Shown: positions 23,085-36,930, counted from the first letter of the stretch. The stretch: DNA of 64,000 nucleotides from Octopus bimaculoides (GCF_001194135.2 NC_068982.1:132277708-132341707), one strand, 5' to 3'. Numbers and translations are program-made. The notes: a model not told the origin generated them from the letters alone.

Positions 23085-26000
23085 TGAAGGGTCCTGGGAA
23101 AATGTTAACTGAGGTGCAGAGTTAAAATAACATTTTTGTAAATTCAAGTTTACAAATTATATTGTTTGCACAGATGGATGAGAATGTTTGGGTCAAGCTG
23201 TTGGCAGTAAGTATATATATCAAAATTAGTATCGCCTTGTGACAAGTCTTTCCTACTGTGTAGAAATAATTATATGCATGCTTGCAAGATAAGTTTTGGA
23301 AACACGTCCAAAGCAGTATCAGATGTGTGTGTGTGTGTGCAGTGAGGAACAATACCACCGCTTCCTGTCGGTTCTTTCACTACAATCCATGAACCGTACA
23401 GCTCCCGTGTCATTGTGTTTGTTATCATACGTCGACATGCAAGTCACCGAATTGCTTTCTCAGTAATGATCCCTGCTGGGTATAATAAGTGGGAACAGCG
23501 TGCTTCAGCTACTATTTCTGAAATACTTAGCACATCACTAGAATGTATGATATTGCTAGCTATCTGTTGATGTAACAAAATAAGAGAGTTCATTGTTTTG
23601 TTTTGTTTTTTATGAAATTTTGATATGTCACTTTCGCCCCCTCCGGTTTCTATTGCAGTTTACTTTCACATCTTGCGACGGTAAACTATGTAAACCGAAT
23701 CGAGCAAACTGTATTTCTCTACGGTTTCTTCTTATCAGTTCTTTGACACATGAATGCTGATAATCTATTCCTAAGAAAGAGCTGATAAATAGTTTCGAAT
23801 AGTAGAAAGCACATCAACAACTCAAAGATCTTCTTATTTCATGCAAGACAAAGTATATAATTAAAACGCTCACTTTAAAATCTGGGTTCTATACTTCGTG
23901 GTTGAAAATGGTCAATGGACCGAGAATTGAAGCATCAAATTTTTGCCAGGACTTCCAGTTACAAATCTTATCGTTAAACCTGAACTTTTCCAATTTCAGA
24001 ACAGAATTTTCCAACATATCTACAATTTTGCTTATGCCATCTGCATCTTCTGTATAAATGCTGGCGACTCAGTCCGACACCTATTTAACAAGCTCGCCAT
24101 GTTAGCTAAATGATCCTTCCCTGACTTACTTAAGTAGGCGCATATGATGCAGAAAATAGGTCCCAGTGTACCACTCGCCTGTAGCCACGAGAGCAGAGAT
24201 GGGGAACTTGCGGCCTTCCAAGCCATCAAGTGCGGCCATTGGTGTATTTTCTTTCTTTTTTGACAATGTTTCCTTGTCAGCCACACCAGCTTAGTGGGAG
24301 TAAGTGACTTCACGTATGATACACGAAGAGTTCCTGTATCATCCACCTTTTCATTGTGATCCGTGCTACGTACTTTACTTAGTAATGGCGTAGTCGTGGC
24401 CAACTTCTTACTGACTTGTTTATCAAAAGGCTTTCTCAAAAAAAAAAAAAAAAAAAAAAGCAAATTCAAAGAAGTCATTAATTTGTATAAAATGTACTTG
24501 GTTAAATAAAATATTTGAAAATGTCTTGCTTTCGATATTAATCATTTACTTATTATTTGTATAAAATTACTTCCTTACTTAAATAAAATATTTAAAAAGT
24601 CATGCTTTCGATTTCTACACACCTGTCTTTCTTTTATTAGATTATTAATAATTTACTTAGTGGATAAAATAATTAAAAAAGGAAAATAATTTGTTCAATG
24701 CGTCCTCTATGAGGGATGATGAATGGATGGTCTTCATGCATAGAAAGGTTCCCTATCCCTGCACTAGGGGAACTCTCTTTTTTGACCTCAATCTTTGGAG
24801 TATATTTTCGATAGATTTTTACCGTCGCTGACATGCCAACACCAATACTCATATCAATTTTTATTCGGTAGTTTGGATTCGTCAACATCAACGGCTTATT
24901 GATCTACTACCTATCTTATAATACGAGGTATTATAAGATCTTATAATACACACGGATACCCTCTGTCAGTTCAGTTTTCATTAAACCATCCTGATCTGGG
25001 TGAAGTGCCCCCCTTCACCTGGATCCAAGCATTGTTTGTCCCTTACCCAACAGTAATGCGATAAGAAACATCGTTTGTCGTTATTTTGAGTTTCATGGAC
25101 CAATGTATCTGCAAAACCAAATCCCCCACAACTGATCGTCAGAAGGTCGCTAAACGGCAATTCAGCCACATGCTATTGTTCGGAATTATTAGCATGTCCA
25201 GCAGCAATTGATCTTTCCTTTATAAAGTTTAAAAAAAAAAAAAAATCTAGTCGCTGGCGTCCTTGCGGAAATTATCGAGCGTACACGACTGTAGTGTTCC
25301 TCACTAGATTCTTCATTTATGATTTTTCTTCTCTTCACTACGTTGAGATTGCTAATAAGATTTATCTAGTTTGATCCCAAAACCAAAATGTTATAGAACC
25401 CCAGAACATACCTAAATCTCCTATTTTTACAACCTTTACACTATCGGACACTGTAACACAGCTCGGATGTTTTAGCATTTCATCGAGGTCATTCCTGGTC
25501 TCTCTTTTGGTTACCCATATTTGGATGACTTTTACAACCACCATTCTACGCGTACATTCAATAAATTGATATTGGGTACGAAGTGGTAAAGGACATGAAT
25601 CATTACATATAATGAATATGTTTGTTGATCGACACTACTATTAAGGCTTATCAATAGAGAGATAAGCGAGCTAAGTGACAATCAGACGGGAAAAAAAATT
25701 ACATTAGCTGTTTATGACCATTATAAAGGAAGCAAACTGGCAGAATCGTTAGCATACCATACTTAGCGGCATTTCGTATGTCTTTCGATGAAATCTACTA
25801 GCCCCCTACCCCAAAATTTCAGGCCTTGTGCTTATGGTAAAAAGGCTTATTCATTATATTGCATTGCAGACTTTATTGAACCACAGCGTTTTTAAATGAC
25901 TTGTTTTAACACGATGTAAAGGGATATAACTCTTCTTTTTTTTTTGTGATACATATACACGATGAGATCGTCCTTCAATCGGAAAATAGATGATGTGAAG

Positions 26001-26479
26001 CAAACTTCTTAACAGCAAAGAGGTGTAATACAAGTTAATATAAAATAGACTTAGACCAATGACCAACAGTACATCGCGGCCATGTTGGGAAACTGCCATA
26101 AAGAATTATAGCTGAATGAATCGACCCCAGAACGCCTTTCCTTTATAAACCTGATACTTACCATGCTTAAATTAAAAATATATAACATTATCACATTTTC
26201 AAATTGGCGAGCTGACAAAATCATTAATGTGTCACAGATAATGTTTAGCAGTATTTTTTCTGATTCCTTACATTCTGAGTTCAACTTTGCCTTTTTGTCC
26301 CTCCATCCAAGGTCAATGTCAACAATTAATCACAATCGTTGTCTTGTGTCAATTAGGCTAATATAATTTCTGAAAGTAAGGGAGATAAATTCAATTGTTC
26401 CCTTCCAGAAAGGTTTATACACGCCATAGTAGTTATGAGGACTTTGCAACCACCTGCTATTTAGTTCATTCCATGACGT

Positions 26480-26715
26480 CAGTGGTTCCCAACCAGGATC
26501 CATATAAGATTTTGTAGTTAAAATGTAAGTACAATAAATTGGTTATACTTCTACAATACACAAAATATTTTAAATGATCGTTTTGGTTCAATTCTTAATA
26601 TGATGATGAAAATATAACAGCATTTAAAAAAAAAAATTTGAGTGGCTACGGAGGTTCACCAGGGTAGAATAAGAAAGAAATGGGTCCATAGGGAAAACAT
26701 GGTTGAGAACCATTG
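26480..26715. mobile_element. hAT (Charlie-like) MITE
   Basis: CAGTGGTTCCCAAC...GTTGAGAACCATTG termini; TSD degenerate. Confidence 0.6.
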
Positions 26716-27187
26716 CCCTACGGGGTTTGGATTGACCAATGCATCACAAATGAGATTTGGTAGATTAAAACCATACTGACTGAAGGCTGTTAAATAATGT
26801 GCTCGTCTGTGTGCAAACATCACAATAGCTCTTTATCCAGATATGCAAGTCCCACATAAACAAGTCCAGCAGCTCAATGTTGTAAACCTGGAAAAAGCAC
26901 TTCACTTTTTCTCAAATGTTATGGCAGGAAACCTATGCTACCACTAGAAAACGCAAACAGAGGAACAAACAATAGAACATAGCTTATTGCTAAGTCTTCT
27001 TTTGTAAAAAATCTCTAACCATATTGTACCTTAATTTAAATTCTTTCTATCATCAGTCGACAAATCATTTACAAAAATGCTTCAGAATTCAGCAAATCCC
27101 CAACATTGGTCATCCTTCTCCATCAGAAATCTTATATAAAACATACACATGCATCAACAGCTTCTATGTACCAGATTTAAATACAAG

Positions 27188-27535
27188 AAATGAGTGGTTG
27201 TGTGATAAGTAATCTGGAACCACATGGTTCCAGGTTCAGTCCTACTGTGTGGCATCTTGGACAAGTGTCTTCTACTATAACCTCGGGCCAACCAAAGCCC
27301 TGTGAGTGGATTTGGTAGACAGAAACTGAAAGAAGTCTGTCGCATATATGTATATGCGTGTGTTTGTCCTCCCCCAACATCGCTTGACAACCGATGCTGG
27401 TGTGTTTACGTCCCTTTAACTTAGTGGTTCAGCCAAAAAAAAAAGTACTAGGCTTACAAATAATAAGTCCTGGGGTCGATTTACTCAACTAAAGGCGGTG
27501 CTCCAGCATGGCCACAGTCAAATGACAGAAACAAG

Positions 27536-27537
<2 letters not shown>
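27188..27537 (+). mobile_element. SINE family A copy
   Basis: Similarity to 6033-6442. Confidence 0.8.
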
Positions 27538-27566
<29 letters not shown>

Positions 27567-28285
27567 ACTAACTTCCTAAAAAGTTCTGACATAAAATGAC
27601 GAAATATTTCAAGTTAAGGTAAGCAGATTGTTTTGAAACAAAACCTGGCTGCTTTGTTTTGATCAGCCGCAAATGGTTTTTCAATTTGTAGAACATAAAA
27701 GAAACATACTAGAACCGACTCATCTGAAATGAAATGTACAATGCACACCATCATCATTAAACACCTATTATCACACCTGCATTTAACATTGTCTTCCATA
27801 TGAGATTGGGTTGGATGGTTTGAGACGATCTGAGTCACAGGACTGCACTGGTCTCTGAAATCTGTTTTGGCATGGTTTTATAACTGAATACCCTAACTAC
27901 AGCCACCAACTTTACAAAGTGGGTGGCTTTTCTTTTTTTTTTGTAATACCAACACTAGTGAAATTACCAAGTAAGTTGCAAGATGAGAAAAACCGAGTAA
28001 GATGGCTTTATGCCAGGCAATGAGGCTAAAAAATGACAGGAGAGTCAGGTATACATATATCTTGCTAGAAGAGGAGGCTAGTCTGCAGTATGAGGATGGG
28101 AGTAAATGGAAGAAGACACAATGGTGACAAGATATCTGGGAAGGATGAATAAGTTTATAATGGAAAGGAAAATAACAGATACTCCTAAATTCAGAAATAC
28201 TTAGGGATAAAAACAAACCAACAAAAAGTACAAATTACAGTATAGACAAAATCTGCTTTATTTCCTAGATGACATGTTCGACAAT

Positions 28286-30587
28286 TTATTTGGCTTGTCC
28301 GGGTCTGGCGTTCTGTCCACCTTCCTGTAAAGAAAAGAGAGAGCATTTCAATATAAATAAATTAACTATCAAATACAATGTTTTAAACATCTTTAAAACA
28401 ACTTAATATTAAGCTAAGCTTTTTCACACAATTTACTAAATGCTAACTAATCAATTAAACCCCCCACAGAAATATCAGAGATTAACGTCCATTCTGAAAC
28501 AAACTGTGCCAAAATCAAACCTTAAGGGTCAATATATAACACAGTAAAAATTTTAATTTTGCTCCAACCAAACTTCAAATACTTTATTTTATTACAAAAA
28601 AACACTCCTACACTTGCAGACCATAAAATTTTTTGTTAATACATGAAAAGTGACCGAAGAAGTCATACTATATTTAAAGATATTTGCTTGTCTTGAAAGA
28701 GATTGTATTATGGAAATTACCACAAGGTAACATGCAATAATGGAAGTCTTAATGCTACAGAATACAATTTCAGCACTGCCTAGATCAGTGGTTTTCAACT
28801 GGAGTCTATGCAACAAAATGGTAAATTGGGGATCCACAATAATATTTCAAAGACCCCTGAAAAAATCTGGCTTTAAATTTATTGCAAGAAACGGCTATGT
28901 TTCTTTAACATTTTACAAAGTTCGACCTACAGAAGTGAATAACAAAATAGGAATTTTGAAAGAAGTTTCTATAAAACTAGTTTTTAAACACAGAGTGGTG
29001 ATGCGGGTCCACCACATTAAAACTGTAATCAAAGGGGTCCTTAGATAAAAAATGGTTGAGAACAACAGGTCTAAACTAAATGTCTCAAATTAGTAACACT
29101 AGTGATAACCATGTCAGCAGGGAACAATGAGTAATGATCACATTACATTTGTTACACAGGGGACTGACTCTAAGAAAAAGAATTTTTAAGAACTCGCCTT
29201 ACTGGCACGTGAACAAAACATTCGAGCGAGGTCATTGCCAGTGCTGCTGGACTGACTCTTGTGCAGGTGGCACGTAAAAAACGCTTTTTGAGCCTGGCCG
29301 TTGCCAGTACCGCCAGACCGACTGGCCCTCGTGCCGGTGGCACGTAAAAGAACCCACTACACTCTTGGAGTGGTTGGCGTTAGGAAGGGCATCCAGTTGT
29401 CGAAACTCTGCCAGATCAGATTGGAGCCTGGTGCAGCCACCCGGTTCGCCAGTCCTCAGTCAAATCGTCCAACCCATGCTAGCATGTAAAGTGGACGTTA
29501 AACGATGATGGTGAAATCTTATTTTTCACACTTTTAAAATCATCTTCAGATTAAATATTTTCAAATGACATCAAGAATAAAACTAAACTTTATTTATCAA
29601 AGTTAACGAGCTTGGAGATGCAATTAGTGATTCATCAGAAACTCAGCACCAACATGCTTGGCAGCATTTCTTCCAGCTCTTTATGTTCTGAATTCAAAAT
29701 CCTGACAAGGTCAACTTTGCTTTTCAACCTCTCAGAATTGATAAAGTATCTGCTGAGACTAAGGTTGATAGTCAGCTACCCGCAACCACCTTAAAATTGC
29801 CTTATACCAAAGTTTTTAAGATCAAAAACTATCATCGCAATGGCCATTATACTTTAGCCAGCTTTCTATATGCCTTAGTAAGATCTTGTGTTCAACTTGC
29901 TAGAAAGATCCCTCAAATTACTGCCAGATGAGGATTAACCTGGGGTAAAATAATAAAGTATTTTACACAACTATGCAGAGGCTATCGTGAAGGTTTAGTG
30001 GCAGTATTGTAACATCATCAGAACAATCACAGCATTTATGTTTCAATGGTTGTAGTTTTATCAATATCAGAGATGGTAGCAATCATGCTGATAGTGTACA
30101 AAACCATCACCACACCTTCAGGATAGCTATCATGAGTGTGAGAGTGTTTGTGTTCCATCCGTTGCTACATTCTGAGTTCAAATTCCGCTAAGGTTGACTA
30201 TGCCTTTCGGGGTCGATGTAATTGACCCCCCACCCCAACCAAATTTCAGACCTTGTGCCTATAGTAGAAAGGATCATAATAATACTGCTTTTGATTGATT
30301 GAAATATATGCTAAGAATTGGTATCATTTTCAACTACATGGGGCACAATCTCGTCAGGGTTTTATGAGCTTATGGAACAAAGGTTAGCATATCTATTTAA
30401 AGGATACAGATGAATTCATCTGCATCTTTTCAAGAAATTTGTTAACCTTTGTTCCATAAGCTCATAAAACCCTAACGAGATTCTGCCCCATATAGTTGAA
30501 AATGATACCAATTCTTAGCATATAATCAAATGCTTAGAATCACCTATCACATCGGGGCATGAATCGAAACATATGTAAACTTTCAGC

Positions 30588-30620
<33 letters not shown>

Positions 30621-33600
30621 CAGGTATAGATACCTTATCATTGTTTAATCCTAGATCAGCTCTCATCCAAGTGATTTGAGAGATATTTCTAGTAAATCAA
30701 AATACCATTCATCAAGGAATTTGGCTGCTATTTCTATAATATACAGCTACCATCAGGTCTCCCATGTTGACTCATTCATATATAAGGGTATAACTTGAGA
30801 GAGAACTGAATGCTTCAATACATTGAGAGAACATGGCAGTCCTGACTTCCATCATAATCAAGATTGACAGCTTTTGACTGATTGAAATTTCTCATCCTAC
30901 AAACACGTCTTTCATACATTCTCACCACAACCTATTTGGATGACATACTACAATATCATTTTGACATAAAAAGTTGCTGCAAACAGCACAATACCCAATA
31001 CATGGTGACAAAATAAAAAATCTGAATACTTACACCGCGCATTGGTCTGAACCGAATAGGTGGTGTACGATCTTTGCGGGCTTCTCGGGAACGATTTCTA
31101 ACTATCTTTGAATGGATAGCACATGATACACAGTAGAGCAGTTTTGCATATAATTTAGGGAGAGCATACACTGTAAAAGAAATGTTCAACAGTAGTTAGT
31201 ATTCAATCAGGAAATGTAACCATACAAAATCAATTGCATTACAGCATAGCAGATAAAACTCAAGAGAAAAGACAACCCAATACACACATGAACTAAGTTT
31301 GTTTGAAAAAGTTGACATCATCTAATTTAGGTGCAGGAGTGGCTGTGTGGTTAGAAGCTTGCTTCCCAACTACATGGCTCCGGGTTCAGTCCCACTGCAT
31401 GCCAACTTGGGCAAGTGTCTTCTACTATAGCCTTTTGAGTGGATTTGGCAGACAGAAACTGAAAGAAGCCCGCCGTATATATATATATATGTCTGTGTTT
31501 GTTCCCCCACCATTGCTTGACAACCGATAGAATAAGTACTAGGCTTACAAAGACTAAGTCCTGGGTTCAATTTGTTCAACTAAAGGCAGTGATTCAGCAT
31601 GGCTGCAGTCATATGACTGTAACAAGTAAAAGAATCATCTAATTTAGAAAAACTATGACATTCCATTACCCTGGTACGAATTTTGTAGGCTAACAGCAAA
31701 CAGGAATATTGATGGCTATCTACTATTAGAGTAATAGAAAAACCAGAAGAGTTTCACGTAAATAAAATACAGCTGTTAGAGAAGAAAGAATAAGTGGCAC
31801 ATAAAAAGTCACATGATTTTGGGTTCAGTCCCACAGCATGGCAGTGTCACTGACTATATCCACAGGATAGCCAAACCCTCATCATCATTATCGTTTAATG
31901 TCCACTTTCCATGCTGGCATGGTTTGGACGGTCTGACTGAGGACTGGTGAGCCAGAGGCTGCACCAGGCTCAATCTGATCTGGCAAAGTTTCTACAGCTG
32001 GATGCCCTTCCTAATGCCAACCACTCAGAGAGTGTAGTGGGTGCTTTTACGGGCCACAACTACACTCGAATGTTGTTTTCCATGTGCCACGGGCACATGC
32101 CAGTAAGGCAACAACGCTGGCAACAATCACGTTCGGATGTGCTTTTAACGTTCCACTGGCACAAGTGCCAATCAGGCGGTACTATATCATTGAGATCTTG
32201 AAGCTACAAGATAATGCACCATTAATTCAAGTGTTGCATTGGACAGAATAATCTAAATGTCCAAGGGTTAAAATAAGAGCAATTTCCTATTGTTCTTGCA
32301 TATATGTATGAGGTGATAGATATTAATGATCATACCACTACTCAATGATGTCTTACTAGATTTTGATTACATTTTATATTATTAATATAACTTTACAGTA
32401 TAAAATGTCAAGAAAACAGTTACCAGTCCATTACACTTGGTTGATAGAGATTGGATATAGCAACAAAGTTGATATAAAAAGCTTCCTCCAATTCAACAAA
32501 AAAATAACTATACACAATATGATCGATACTTCACTGTATAAAAGTCATGGATTAGTACCTCAAGTTAAGCTTAAAGCACACCTAATAAATGTAAATTGTT
32601 TTTATATGTAGGAATGCTAATCATTATATATAAGCTTTCAACAAGACAAAGAAAACATCTCCAAACGGAATTCAAGGACTGCATCAAGCTGTAATGCCTG
32701 TTCTGGCATGATTTTCTATGGTTTGATGCCCTCCCTAATGTCATCCCAGATAATTCAGAAAAATGGTTATAACTGTAAATGGGACTGTTTAAACAGAATC
32801 GAAACATTTTATTGTAAAATTAAAATGTTTTTATGGAATACGAGTACAGCATCATTAGCATCCACTTTTCCATGAAATTTGTCGAGGCAGATTATTTACG
32901 ACTGGATACCCTTCCTATCGCCAACTGTTTCTAATCAAGGTAATATTTCCTCATAGTCAAACAACCTCAGTTGTAGGCCGATGATGCTTATTTACAACCA
33001 TCACGTAATACCTAGAGAAGAGTTAAAATAGATATACAGGCTTCGAGGGACGGCTACTCCAAACTTCTACCCTGTTTATAACTTTAAAGCTACAGTAGCA
33101 TAAGTATCGCATTTACAAACAAAATAAAGTAGCATGATACGTATTTTCAATCAACTTAAGAAATATGATTTGGATAATTAGAAGAGTTAAAGATTGTAAA
33201 ACACATAGTATTAACGATTAACGACAAGTTTGAATAGAGATCACTATATGTGAGGAGTAAATGAAATTTTATATTTCCAGATACCCAGTCTTCTCCTGAA
33301 GTTATCTTAATATTCTATCATCATAAACTTTTCGTTTGTAAATAACCTGCCATAAATTTATATCGTAAAAATACATCTATTATTTTATATAAATTCATTA
33401 CAATCACAAATTTAACGCAGACTATAGTAGTCTAACGGTCTATAAGACAGGAGGTTGTTTCATCATGTATACAAATTAAAGGGAAAAAGTATTTACAAAC
33501 CTTCATAGACACTAGCATCTGAGATATCTCTGACTGCAGCTGCTTCAACAATATTTCTTATAACAAATTTCTTGATGGCCTTATCTTTAGGTACACATCG

Positions 33601-34162
33601 TGCACAATTAGTGCAACGGATGTATTTCACATGGCCACGTCCTTTCTTACCTCGTCCGTTATTTCGTCTTTTGGAAGTCTGAAATTTATAATTTCAAATT
33701 ATATTAACTAGCTAAATCTAGAAACCTAAATTTATACCCCGGAAGACCCATTAGCGCTAATGCACAAATACAGTTATGAAATCTGCCAAAATGGCATATT
33801 AATATGAATGAACTAGCCTTAAAGACTAATTGTAATTAAAACAATTAGCATTTAACTAATCCAAAAGTTCATTAATAAGTTATACAAATGACTGTAATAT
33901 CTACAATTAAAAACTAATGGTTTAAGTAAAAAAAAATCCGAGTTCCGATCCACGTGTTCTTATCTCGTTAGAGTCGGCTGTAGCCATTTTGTGAAGAATT
34001 TATATAAATACATAAAGAGTACTTTTAAAATAATCCTAAAGTAGCTGTTAAAATCTTAGATATGTTAAACCACTTATATAGCTGACAAATGTTAAAGTTT
34101 ATTAAATGTTTTAAGTCAAAATTTGATGAAATAAAAGGACAGAAAAATAACACACTCACCAT
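28286..34162 (-). CDS. RPS26: 40S ribosomal protein S26 (eS26), complete 4-exon CDS, 118 aa
   Basis: Exons 34160-34162 (ATG only), 33501-33678 (TSKRRNNGR...[18 protein letters not shown]...), 31034-31170 (YALPKLY...[10 protein letters not shown]...RKDRTPP), 28286-28324 ([12 protein letters not shown]). GT-AG introns, consistent phases, 357 nt. Confidence 0.98.
28786..29068. mobile_element. hAT (Charlie-like) MITE in RPS26 intron 3
   Basis: CAGTGGTTTTCAAC...GTTGAGAACAACAG termini; flanks GCCTAGAT/GTCTAAAC resemble a decayed 8-bp TSD. Confidence 0.65.
29196..29512 (+). mobile_element. RTE 3'-end copy in RPS26 intron 3
   Basis: Same tail consensus. Confidence 0.85.
30305..30524. mobile_element. 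Fold-back MITE (whole element palindromic, 82-bp arms) in RPS26 intron 3
   Basis: 30305-30386 vs 30443-30524: 79 of 82 complementary; central CAGATGAATTCATCTG is a perfect palindrome; TA/TATA termini. Confidence 0.85.
31330..31634 (+). mobile_element. SINE family A copy (internally deleted) in RPS26 intron 2
   Basis: Similarity to the consensus. Confidence 0.8.
31880..32185 (-). mobile_element. RTE 3'-end copy in RPS26 intron 2
   Basis: Reverse complement of the tail consensus. Confidence 0.8.
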
Positions 34163-34200
34163 CTTGATATTTCCAAAGTGAAAAGGATTGTGAAAAGGAC
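34163..34200 (-). promoter_or_regulatory. RPS26 5'UTR / 5'TOP (TCT-type) start region
   Basis: Minus strand GTCCTTTTCACAATCCTTTTCACTTTGGAAATATCAAGATG: pyrimidine tracts (CCTTTTC) directly ahead of an ATG-only first exon. YY1-like AAAATGGC and ETS CCGGAAG motifs lie in intron 1. Confidence 0.65.
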
Positions 34201-34862
34201 GTAAGCGAATGAATACAAAGCAGACAAATTTAAGTGTTTAATTATTTGGAGAATATCCTAATTTTTTTCAATAAAACATATAAATAATCCATAAAATATT
34301 TTATACTGCATTAAATATTCGTAAAATATGAAATTCAACAATGATATAATACTTGATACTTAACGTTATTTTTTTATGCGGATAAATACATTTTTAGAAC
34401 GTAGTCCGGCTATGTAAGGGAAGTAATTCATCTTAGATAGTAGAACTCTTTAATACTTACTTACTGCATATAAAGCGGAGTTAAATGAATTTTGTTATCT
34501 ATAAAAAAGTTCCGGGAATGTAAATGTTATTTTTTTTTACTCCTTAGATAAAGTATATGAAAAAAAAATTGATCTAGTAAATGATATATATATAAATGTT
34601 GTTTAGCACCAGGCCTACTCTGGTCGAGAAGACTTATGCTCAAAGACATTCCAAACGTGACCATCCGTTTATTTTTTAAATTTAATTTGTTCTTCCTTTT
34701 ATAAGATAGTTGAGTGAAACTGAAGGGAATTGGCAGCTATTTCTAACGAGTTGAGTAACCCTGTGGAAGTTCCTTTGGATTTTATTTAAGAAATTGTTTT
34801 ACCAAGATATGCAAAATCTTTAGATGAGATAGTGATTGCATATTTAATATATAAAACATTAT

Positions 34863-35016
34863 TTGGCGTTAGGAAGGGCATCCAGCTGTAGAAACTCTGC
34901 CAAATCAGACTGGAGCCTGGTGTTGCCATCCGGTTTCACCAGTCCTCAGTCAAATCGTCCAACCCATGCTAGCATGGAAAGCGGACGTTAAACGATGATG
35001 ATGATGATGATGATGA
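34863..35016 (+). mobile_element. Very short RTE 3'-end copy with (GAT)n tail
   Basis: Last ~150 nt of the tail consensus. Confidence 0.85.
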
Positions 35017-35847
35017 TTAAGAAGTTGACTGGAAATAATTATGCAGTTAGAGGAGAATAATCAATTTCCTTTTGCTTCCAAGTGCAATGACAACTCCAGG
35101 AATGTTTTGGTGTTATTCTGGCCTCATCAGTAAAGCATAGCCTCTAACATAATTTTCTGAAACATTGGGACAATCACTTAATATACATTGTATGCAATAT
35201 ATTATGCATTTGTTGAAACAGCAAAATAGAAATGTTTAGAAATGAACTCATTCAGTGATGCCTCCCTTGTAATTCACGCTTTAGAATCCATTTTAATTTT
35301 TTATTTTTATCAATTTAGAAATTTGTAAGTGTTGATGTAACTCAGTAATATCCTTGTTTATCACTGATTCATTCATTACTGAACTTGGATAACTCAGTAT
35401 GCTAATTGTGAACTGTGTTATGCTTATCACCAATTGATCTGTGATAACCCAGGTTGGTGATCAGAGCAAGATTCTGCTTGGACATTAAAAGTGTATCTCA
35501 CTGACCGTCCAGAGTGCACAGAATAACTTAGGGGTCTTGTAACAAAACCCATTTTCTATTATTCATTAATCACTGATTCATTTAACAAGGCTGCTTTTTT
35601 GGAACCAGACAAGAATAAACAAGAATGGATATACTGGCCTTTTTTCATCAAGGCAAGACCTTTCCTGAATATATTAAAACAAGAGAAATGAAATCATAGT
35701 TTTGAAACCATAACACTAGTAGTTGGCTCATCTCTTGCCCTAGATCTTGATCAATTTGTCAAATATACTGGCTTATTTACAATGATAAAAGCAATAAGTG
35801 TCAAATTACTAACCTGAAGGCTCAAGCTATTACACATAACAATTATA

Positions 35848-36423
35848 CACAGACTGGCAGGAAGTAAATAGACACCTTTAATTTTCAAAATCTTTTATTT
35901 GATATTAATTGGTTGAAGGAGAGGTTTTCTTCTAGCTGCTCATCCATAATACCCAAGCTTATGAAGATATGTAACACATTCTTGGACTAACTTCTAGCTG
36001 TTTTGCGATATCAGAAGCCTTCAAATGGAGTTCGTTTTCCACAATTCTCTTCAAACAGCGAAGCTTCCTTTCCAAGGGCCCAGATCATCCGGGACGAGAA
36101 TCTGTTGATTCTTTTCCTTGGCTTTTGAATTGCACTATAATTCTATTAACAGTACCAAGAGGAATTTGAAGATTTTCTGCTATTTTTCACTGGCTGAGAC
36201 TAGCCTCAGATTGCCCAACAATACGACCTCTTGGAAAATCTGACAGTTCTGCTGAACTTTTTGTGCGTGGCATGGTTACTCTTCACAAATGTTTAATATA
36301 ATGGCACCTGGAATGAAAAAGAATAATTACATTGTCAATTCTACACCGCTGAAAACATATTAAGACGATTAGACCAGAAAGTTTTAAAATTAAAGGTGTC
36401 TATTTACTTCCTGCATGTCTGTG
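35848..36423 (-). mobile_element. Internally deleted Tc1 transposon
   Basis: ~45-bp TIRs (CACAGAC..GCAGGAAGTAAATAGACACCTTTAATTTT), TA TSD. Pseudo-ORF from ATG 36273: MPRTKSSAELSDFPRGRIVG...GTVNRII...SRPG...ARRKPLL. N-terminal HTH only; DDE domain absent; stops present. Confidence 0.9.
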
Positions 36424-36490
36424 TAAGGCTTATTTATCAACTTGCTCGGTCAGCCTTACTAGAAAATGGGTAGATCTGTATACTCTGTAT

Positions 36491-36657
36491 TGCAAGAGTG
36501 GCTGAGTGGTAAGTAGCTTGCTTACCAACCACATGGTTCCGGGTTCAGTCCCACTGCATGGCACCTTGGGCAAGTGTCTTCTACTATAGCCTGGGGCCGA
36601 CCAAAGCCTTGAGTGGATTTGGTAGATGGAAACTGAAAGAAGCCTGTCGTATATATG

Positions 36658-36728
<71 letters not shown>

Positions 36729-36930
36729 ATGTTTGTCTCCCCACCATCGCTTGACAACCGATGCTGGTGTGTTTACGTCCCCATAACTTAGCGGTTTGGC
36801 AAAAGAGACCGATAGAATAAGTACTAGGCTTACAAAGAATAAGTCCTGGAGTCAATTTGCTCGACTAAAAGGCAGTGCTCCAGCATGGCCACAGTCAAAT
36901 GACTGAAACAAGTAAGTAAAAGAGAAAGAG
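36491..36930 (+). mobile_element. SINE family A copy with long (TA)n
   Basis: Near full-length match to the consensus. Confidence 0.85.

Noticed and set aside
24032-24478. 148-aa minus-strand ORF
   Set aside because: Starts across a poly-T run, has no recognisable domain and no splice partners.
25150-25230. Minus-strand KGKINCCWTC, resembling a class C GPCR cysteine-rich motif
   Set aside because: Followed at once by stops, and no other family motifs were found.
25362-25544. ORF with kinase-like VVKIGDLG followed by a GT donor-like site
   Set aside because: No HRD, APE or other kinase motifs and no compatible exons nearby; weak acceptor; probably chance.
33400-33470. Possible C/D snoRNA in RPS26 intron 2 (box C ATGATGA)
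   Set aside because: No CTGA D box at a suitable distance and no rRNA complement that I could recognise.
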